In this document: positions 58,174 to 64,000 of the stretch, in pieces
Layout: the number at the start of each line of letters is the position of its first letter
Numbering within the stretch: position 1 is the stretch's first letter
From: Candidatus Obscuribacterales bacterium
Lineage (GTDB): Bacteria; Cyanobacteriota; Vampirovibrionia; Obscuribacterales; Obscuribacteraceae
Length of the DNA: 64,000 nucleotides
Direction: 5' to 3'
Assembly (NCBI GenBank): GCA_965228855.1
Contig: CBDDIJ010000005.1
Coordinates: 32,001-96,000 of the forward strand
Notes under the pieces: model-generated
Told to the model about the DNA's origin: nothing
The model's database searches: none
The model's input: the letters and a program-made list of their open reading frames with translations, nothing else
Made by a program: the position numbers and the translations under genes

Positions 58174-58488
58174 TCAAATTCCCACAAGTTTCCGAAAATC
58201 GGAGACGAATTGGGCTACGTCACTCCAGAGAAAACCTATGACGCCAAACAGAGCGATTAAAATGCCACCGCTTCTCCAAATCTCAGTCCGCCGACGGTCA
58301 AGACATTGATAGCTGCACCTAAGACTATCGGTAAAAGACAATTTGCAGGCTGCAAAGGCGTTTGAGAACAATTGCACGCCCCCATGTTTTCGTACCTGAA
58401 TGAATAAACCTGCCACCAACGCGATGACAGAGACCGCCAAAATCACGAGCGGAAACAGATACAACATCGTGAAGAAGACTTCGTGCAT
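58174..58488 (-). CDS. small two-TM membrane protein (paralog of the upstream gene)
   Basis: Two hydrophobic helices; N-terminus similar to that of 58542-58745. Confidence 0.6.
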   Translation of the reverse strand: MHEVFFTMLYLFPLVILAVSVIALVAGLFIQVRKHGGVQLFSNAFAACKLSFTDSLRCSYQCLDRRRTEIWRSGGILIALFGVIGFLWSDVAQFVSDFRKLVGI

Positions 58489-58541
58489 AATCCAGGTCCC
58501 ATTACCCCCTTCCCATCGTACTAAAAATCAGCTTGCCTCGT

Positions 58542-58745
58542 CTAACCAAGTGCGATCACGCAGGACCAAACGATAATGAGGATGTTCAGGCAGAACAAAG
58601 TAATTAAGATGCCACCTGTAAGTCCCGGAAGCGCTTTGAAAAACTTGCACCTTTTCGTGAGCGCGGCTGCTAGCGCGATAACAGCGACCGCCGAAATCAC
58701 GAGCGGAAGCAAGTACAGAATAGCGAAGAGAACCTCGAGCATCAT
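58542..58745 (-). CDS. small two-TM membrane protein
   Basis: MLEVLFAILYLLPLVISAVAVIALAA versus MHEVFFTMLYLFPLVILAVSVIALVA; both also share GGILI.LF. Confidence 0.55.
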   Translation of the reverse strand: MMLEVLFAILYLLPLVISAVAVIALAAALTKRCKFFKALPGLTGGILITLFCLNILIIVWSCVIALG

Positions 58746-58746
58746 C

Positions 58747-59023
58747 TCGGCGCAGGAAGATTTACGAAACCTCCACGATTACATAGCGAGGGATGATGCC
58801 GATGCAGCAGATCGCTGGATCGACAACCTGGTCAAAAATTTCGATGTTTTAACGGCAGCCCGGAATAGGGAAGAGGCGCGATGATCTGAAACGTGACTTT
58901 AGAATCATCACTGAAGGTGACTACATCATCATTTATCGCGTGAACAAGAGAACTGACTCCGTCGAAATAGTTCGCGTCGTGCATGGGAAACGCGACCTTC
59001 GGAAAGCCTTATCAGAAGTGTGA
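58747..59023 (+). pseudogene. ParE/RelE-family toxin remnant (5'-truncated, frameshifted)
   Basis: First frame: SAQEDLRNLHDYIARDDADAADRWIDNLVKNFDVL. After a shift near 58855: QPGIGKRRDDLKRDFRIITEGDYIIIYRVNKRTDSVEIVRVVHGKRDLRKALSEV*. No convincing start codon and no antitoxin gene. Confidence 0.8.
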
Positions 59024-59196
59024 GATCCCGTGAACCTAGCAGCTCGACAATGCGACCATTTGGACTCTCATTTTCCGTTCGCGTTGTTTTCGGCGCCAAC
59101 CAGCGAGAATTGTTTCAATCTAGTAGATTGAAGCTAGAACATTAATCGCCCCAACGCGGGCATAAGTAGATAGAGATAGATCAGCGAGAAACAACG

Positions 59197-61407
59197 TTGA
59201 CGGCATCGGCACCTATCGCGAAAGTCACGCAGAAGCACAAAGATGAGCGCATCATGCGCCACAGCGATCATATGTCGACCGCCGCTTTGTGGTGGAAAGT
59301 TGTCTTTCTGATTCCGATCTGGGGCATTATCCCGGTTGCCATATTCGGTTTCGTGATGACGCAGTTCGGCAGCGTGGTATCCGACATCGGCTACATCGTG
59401 GTCCTGGTATGCGGTTTCGCGTACTTCTTCGAGGACATTCTAAAACGGAAGTTCAAAATCGCAGACGGTGTGCTTTACTACGGATATCAAAGCTGGCAGC
59501 TGAGCAATCTAAAGTCGCTTTCAGTCAGCTATGAGACTGACAAAATCGTTCCTAAAGACCTGATTTTCACCTTTCAAAACGGCGACCTCCAGCCATTCGA
59601 ACTCGCTCGCATAGACGCAAAAGATGTACAGTTCATAGTCAAATATGTCGACAGTCATTATCCTCACTGCATCGTCGATTCGACCCTGCGGACGCTGGCT
59701 CGCTGCCAGGAACTCGGTCCGCGCATGCGCAGCTTCGACGCAAATGTCGAGATTCGTTACAACGCTCACCGTGTGCTGACAGACACGTACAAAGGCTTTC
59801 GCGGTTCGCTCGCGAGTTGGTCGCGATTAGGCCCGATGGTGGCCTGGCTGTGCTTCACTCCGATCTGGATTTCCAGCACTATGTTCTTTTATGTAATTCA
59901 CAAGACGGCGCTGCTCAACAATGAAAGCCTAGCAAAGCAGCTGGCATTAACATCTGCCGAGACTTTGAAGGAAATCACGAACACGCTCCAGGGCGGTGTG
60001 ACAAACATCGCAATAGCCGTAGCAAACCCAGTTGTGGCAATGGTCGCCGCATTTATTTCCGTCTTTCTTTTCGTCAAGGCCGTGAAGAATCTGACGGAGC
60101 CGAACCTGCTTGTTCTGGACTCTAACGGCATCACCTTCTATCAAAGTTTCAAACTTTCACGTTTCAAGCTAAATTGGCTCGGCTGGAACGAAGTCAAAAG
60201 TGCATACATGGACCGCCCGGAAAATTCCCAGCCGGACGACTGGATGGTTGTCTTCAAAGATCAAAACGGTAAGAAACTGCGATCACTGGAATACGCCGCT
60301 CTGGATCCAAGAGGCCGAGCCGATCTTTATGAGAGGCTGAAACATTTCGCACCGGCTTGCACAATAACCGCAGACCTTGCTGAAGCTCTGATGCCACAGC
60401 AGAAAGCCAGCTACACAGAACTCTGGCTTCAATCATTAACCGGGTCACCAAACCGCGACAATCTCGATCCTCTTGAAGCAGGCGACCAGCTCAATCAGGG
60501 TCGATATGACGTGGTTATGAAACTGGGCGTAGGCGGTCAAGGTGCAGCTTACCTCTGTCGGGAAAACGCGGCTCTGGATAAATCACACTGCCAGGATGTC
60601 GTTTTAAAGGAAACAATTTTTCCAATCTTCGTGGAGGATTCGGTTCGCAGGCAAGCGCTGGAACGTTTTGAACATGAAGCTCGCACGCTCAATTTACTGT
60701 CACACGATCATATCGTTCGCTTGCTGGATTATTTTGTAGAGGACCACCGCGGCTATCTAGTACTGGAGCACATTGAAGGCCAAAACCTCCGAGACTACGC
60801 CGGCGGCAAACCGATGGAAGAGAAACAGGTTATAGAACTCGCTCTTCAGATGTGCGACATGCTTGAGTATCTTCATGAAAGAAGAGTGTTACACCGAGAT
60901 TTCACACCGGACAATTTAATGCTTGAGCGCTCTGGCACGCTTAAGCTAATCGACTTCAATGTCGCTCAAACTCAAGCGACCGGGTTGACCGGAACAGTCG
61001 TTGGAAAACATGCTTACGTACCGCCTGAACAATTCCGAGGGAAGCCGGTCCCGGCAAGCGACATCTACGCGATGGGCTGCTCGCTGTTCTATCTTCTGTC
61101 GGGTCACGATCCTGCACCGATTACGCAATCAAAGATCGCAGATGAGCGCCCAGAAATAGGCACCGAAATTGATACCATAATTCGTACCTGCACTAACATG
61201 AAAGCCGAAAATCGCTATCAGGATATCCACGCACTGAGAGCCGACCTGAAGAAAGCGCTTGAACGTTTGGATAAAAACGGAAGCACCGTCACCATCAACT
61301 CCAACTCAGAAGAGCGAGTCAAGGTCGCAGTAAATCAGGGCACCACATCCAATACCAGCGACGAGCAATCTGCTCAGGAGGAGCGCACAAGTTTATGGCA
61401 GAGCTAG
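59197..61407 (+). CDS. membrane Ser/Thr kinase-like protein: two TM-pair/PH-like modules and a C-terminal kinase domain
   Basis: Motifs LGVGGQG.AY, VVLKE, HRDFTPDN, DFN, GKHAYVPPEQFRG, SDIYA.G. Start uncertain. Confidence 0.9.
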   Translation: MTASAPIAKVTQKHKDERIMRHSDHMSTAALWWKVVFLIPIWGIIPVAIFGFVMTQFGSVVSDIGYIVVLVCGFAYFFEDILKRKFKIADGVLYYGYQSWQLSNLKSLSVSYETDKIVPKDLIFTFQNGDLQPFELARIDAKDVQFIVKYVDSHYPHCIVDSTLRTLARCQELGPRMRSFDANVEIRYNAHRVLTDTYKGFRGSLASWSRLGPMVAWLCFTPIWISSTMFFYVIHKTALLNNESLAKQLALTSAETLKEITNTLQGGVTNIAIAVANPVVAMVAAFISVFLFVKAVKNLTEPNLLVLDSNGITFYQSFKLSRFKLNWLGWNEVKSAYMDRPENSQPDDWMVVFKDQNGKKLRSLEYAALDPRGRADLYERLKHFAPACTITADLAEALMPQQKASYTELWLQSLTGSPNRDNLDPLEAGDQLNQGRYDVVMKLGVGGQGAAYLCRENAALDKSHCQDVVLKETIFPIFVEDSVRRQALERFEHEARTLNLLSHDHIVRLLDYFVEDHRGYLVLEHIEGQNLRDYAGGKPMEEKQVIELALQMCDMLEYLHERRVLHRDFTPDNLMLERSGTLKLIDFNVAQTQATGLTGTVVGKHAYVPPEQFRGKPVPASDIYAMGCSLFYLLSGHDPAPITQSKIADERPEIGTEIDTIIRTCTNMKAENRYQDIHALRADLKKALERLDKNGSTVTINSNSEERVKVAVNQGTTSNTSDEQSAQEERTSLWQS

Positions 61408-62843
61408 CTGTTAAAGCCACATACGATTCTCCCGGAGTTCCGTCAATCCGAACGCTACTGAAGGGCACCTTTCCAATCTGGGGTCTTGTATTTCCGCTCG
61501 TCACAATCATCGGACTTATTCTTATAGTCGGTACATACATATACTATCCAAGCTCCCGAGATCATGCGGACCTGTTCAAGTGCTTCTTTGTCATTATGAG
61601 TTGCTGCGCGACGGCGCTAATTGGTTTGACCGCAACGCGAGTGTTTTCAAAAAACCAATTGATTGTAGATAAAAGCGGTCTGCGCATGCCGATTATGCTG
61701 GATCAACCGTTTGCATCCATGCAATATTTCAACTGGAAAAACATAAGGCGCTTTGATGTTTCCAACGCGGATAAATCGATGGAGAGGAGAGAGCTTTGTA
61801 TTTTCACAGACAGATTTGCACAACCAATCAAGCTTTTCGTGGACAAACTCGATCCAAGTGAAACAGAACAAATTCTTCTCGCCGTAGAACTATGGAGCAA
61901 CGGATGCGAGGTCGGCGAAAATATCACAACATTGCGCTCCGACATAAAGCAACTGGCAAGTGGCTCCAACGAACTGAGCTACACAGATATGTGGGAGGAC
62001 GAGTTGCGGCGTCGATACTGTCCGACGAATTTTCTACCGTTGGAACCGGGGCGGACCCTGAAAAACGGAACTGTCAAAGTAATTCGCCACCTGGCCCTCG
62101 GCGGTCTGGCGGCAATCTACCTGTGCGATCGTGGGGACGGTAAAGACCTTGTCGTAATAAAGGAAGCAGTGATTCCGGAAGACGCGCAGGAAAGCGTCAA
62201 ACAAAAGGCGAAGGAGATGTTCGAGCGCGAAGCGCAGCTCCTCATGAAGCTCGACCACCCCGGCATCGTCAAAGTGTTCGACTATTTTGTTGAAGGCGGC
62301 CGAACATATTTGATGCTGGAATATTTGAACGGGCAAGATATTCGGCAATACGTCCGGCAAAACGGACAGCAACCGGAACACGTAGCCATTGATTGGGGCA
62401 TCAAAATCGCCTCTATCCTTAAGTACCTGCACGAGCAAGAACCGCCAATCATCCACCGCGACCTGACGCCGGACAATCTGGTCGTCACCGAGGACGGTAG
62501 CATCGTCGTCATCGACTTTGGTGCCGCCAATGAATTCATCGGTCAGGCGACTGGCACACTAGTCGGCAAGCAGGCTTACATTTCGCCGGAGCAATTTCGA
62601 GGGAAGGCAATGATCGAGAGCGATGTTTACGCTTTTGGCTGCACTCTGTATTTTCTTTTGACGGGGAAGGAGCCGGAAGCGCTATCCACTTCGAATCCGA
62701 AAGAACTGCGGCCCGACCTTTCGCCCGAGGTTTGTGAACTGGTCGAATGCTGCACTCAAATGGAGCCCGAAGATCGATATCGGTCAGCCCAACCGCTTAT
62801 TCCGGTCCTGCGACGAATCTCGGCAGCGCAAGCGGGCGTTTAA
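61395..62843 (+). CDS. membrane Ser/Thr kinase-like protein: one TM-pair/PH-like module and a C-terminal kinase domain
   Basis: AGGAGGAG upstream; motifs LALGGLAAIY, VVIKE, HRDLTPDN, DFG, GKQAYISPEQFRG. Overlaps the upstream paralog by 13 nt. Confidence 0.9.
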   Translation: MAELAVKATYDSPGVPSIRTLLKGTFPIWGLVFPLVTIIGLILIVGTYIYYPSSRDHADLFKCFFVIMSCCATALIGLTATRVFSKNQLIVDKSGLRMPIMLDQPFASMQYFNWKNIRRFDVSNADKSMERRELCIFTDRFAQPIKLFVDKLDPSETEQILLAVELWSNGCEVGENITTLRSDIKQLASGSNELSYTDMWEDELRRRYCPTNFLPLEPGRTLKNGTVKVIRHLALGGLAAIYLCDRGDGKDLVVIKEAVIPEDAQESVKQKAKEMFEREAQLLMKLDHPGIVKVFDYFVEGGRTYLMLEYLNGQDIRQYVRQNGQQPEHVAIDWGIKIASILKYLHEQEPPIIHRDLTPDNLVVTEDGSIVVIDFGAANEFIGQATGTLVGKQAYISPEQFRGKAMIESDVYAFGCTLYFLLTGKEPEALSTSNPKELRPDLSPEVCELVECCTQMEPEDRYRSAQPLIPVLRRISAAQAGV

Positions 62844-62946
62844 AACAAGCATGCCGGAGTTTAGCCTACAATAAAGCAGGCGTGAGTATAGACTACGCCT
62901 GCATTTTAGAGCTTCGCGTCGGGCGAAATCGGTTTAAAACCGAAAG

Positions 62947-63189
62947 CTAGACTTGAATTACGCGTTTGATTTCCGGCAGCGCTTCTTTCAGCGCGCGCTC
63001 AACGCCCATCTTCAATGTCATCGTGGAGCTGGGGCACATGCCGCAGGCGCCGAGGAGATGCACGAAAACTTCGCCGTCTTTGACTTCGACGAGTTCGATA
63101 TTGCCGCCGTCCATCATCAACATCGGACGAAGCTTATCAAGCACTTCTTCAACTTGGGCACGGATGCCGTCTTTCACTTGTTCTGTCAT
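62947..63189 (-). CDS. nfu: NifU-C/Nfu Fe-S cluster carrier
   Basis: Motifs [17 protein letters not shown] and [16 protein letters not shown]. Start ATG 63189 with a GAGG RBS. Confidence 0.93.
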   Translation of the reverse strand: MTEQVKDGIRAQVEEVLDKLRPMLMMDGGNIELVEVKDGEVFVHLLGACGMCPSSTMTLKMGVERALKEALPEIKRVIQV

Positions 63190-63287
63190 TACAAAAGAGC
63201 CTCTTATATTGCGTCTGTGGCGGTCCAACCGGTAATCAAGACCGTTCTAACTATATCTTTTATTATCGCCGAGTTTTCAATATTTAA

Positions 63288-64000
<713 letters not shown>

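Noticed and set aside
58576..58884. 102-aa + strand track ORF taken as an intact gene
   Set aside because: Its first half is antisense to a small membrane gene and its second half is the ParE fragment before the frameshift.

Overview
A gene-dense bacterial chromosomal segment of about 55 CDS. I see no phage, transposase, integrase, rRNA or CRISPR array. The gene content suggests a non-photosynthetic relative of cyanobacteria (Melainabacteria/Vampirovibrionia, probably Obscuribacterales). This is an inference from the cyanobacteria-like Ccs1/CcsA, c6-like cytochrome, polyprenyl synthase, Nfu, YlqD, 6S-like RNA and several membrane Ser/Thr kinases, with no photosynthesis genes. Housekeeping genes include dciA-like, aroE, tonB-exbB-exbD, sppA, miaA, pncB, spoIID/lytB, tlyA, adenosine deaminase, a cyclophilin, aat, folA-thyA, P5C dehydrogenase, a sigma-70 factor, ruvC, lnt, nfu and gap. 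The most interesting element is a three-gene RiPP-like operon (24826->22566). It encodes a secreted precursor with four KGKE(G/S)SC repeats, a DUF692/MNIO enzyme and a DUF2063 partner, i.e. a bufferin/oxazolin-type system with a non-EGKCG core motif. Other notable items: two tandem membrane kinases with an apparent Lys/Thr swap between the catalytic and P+1 loops; a probably inactive trypsin-like fold split by a DUF4388 domain; an Lnt lacking the catalytic Cys; an oxalate decarboxylase next to fdhD and ydeP/fdhF; a disordered protein with nine LRSPLLG motifs; a histone-H1-like protein; an atypical tRNA-Ser(UGA); a likely 6S RNA; a standalone AbiTii-like gene; and a frameshifted parE remnant. 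All family assignments are by eye from motifs; no searches were run.
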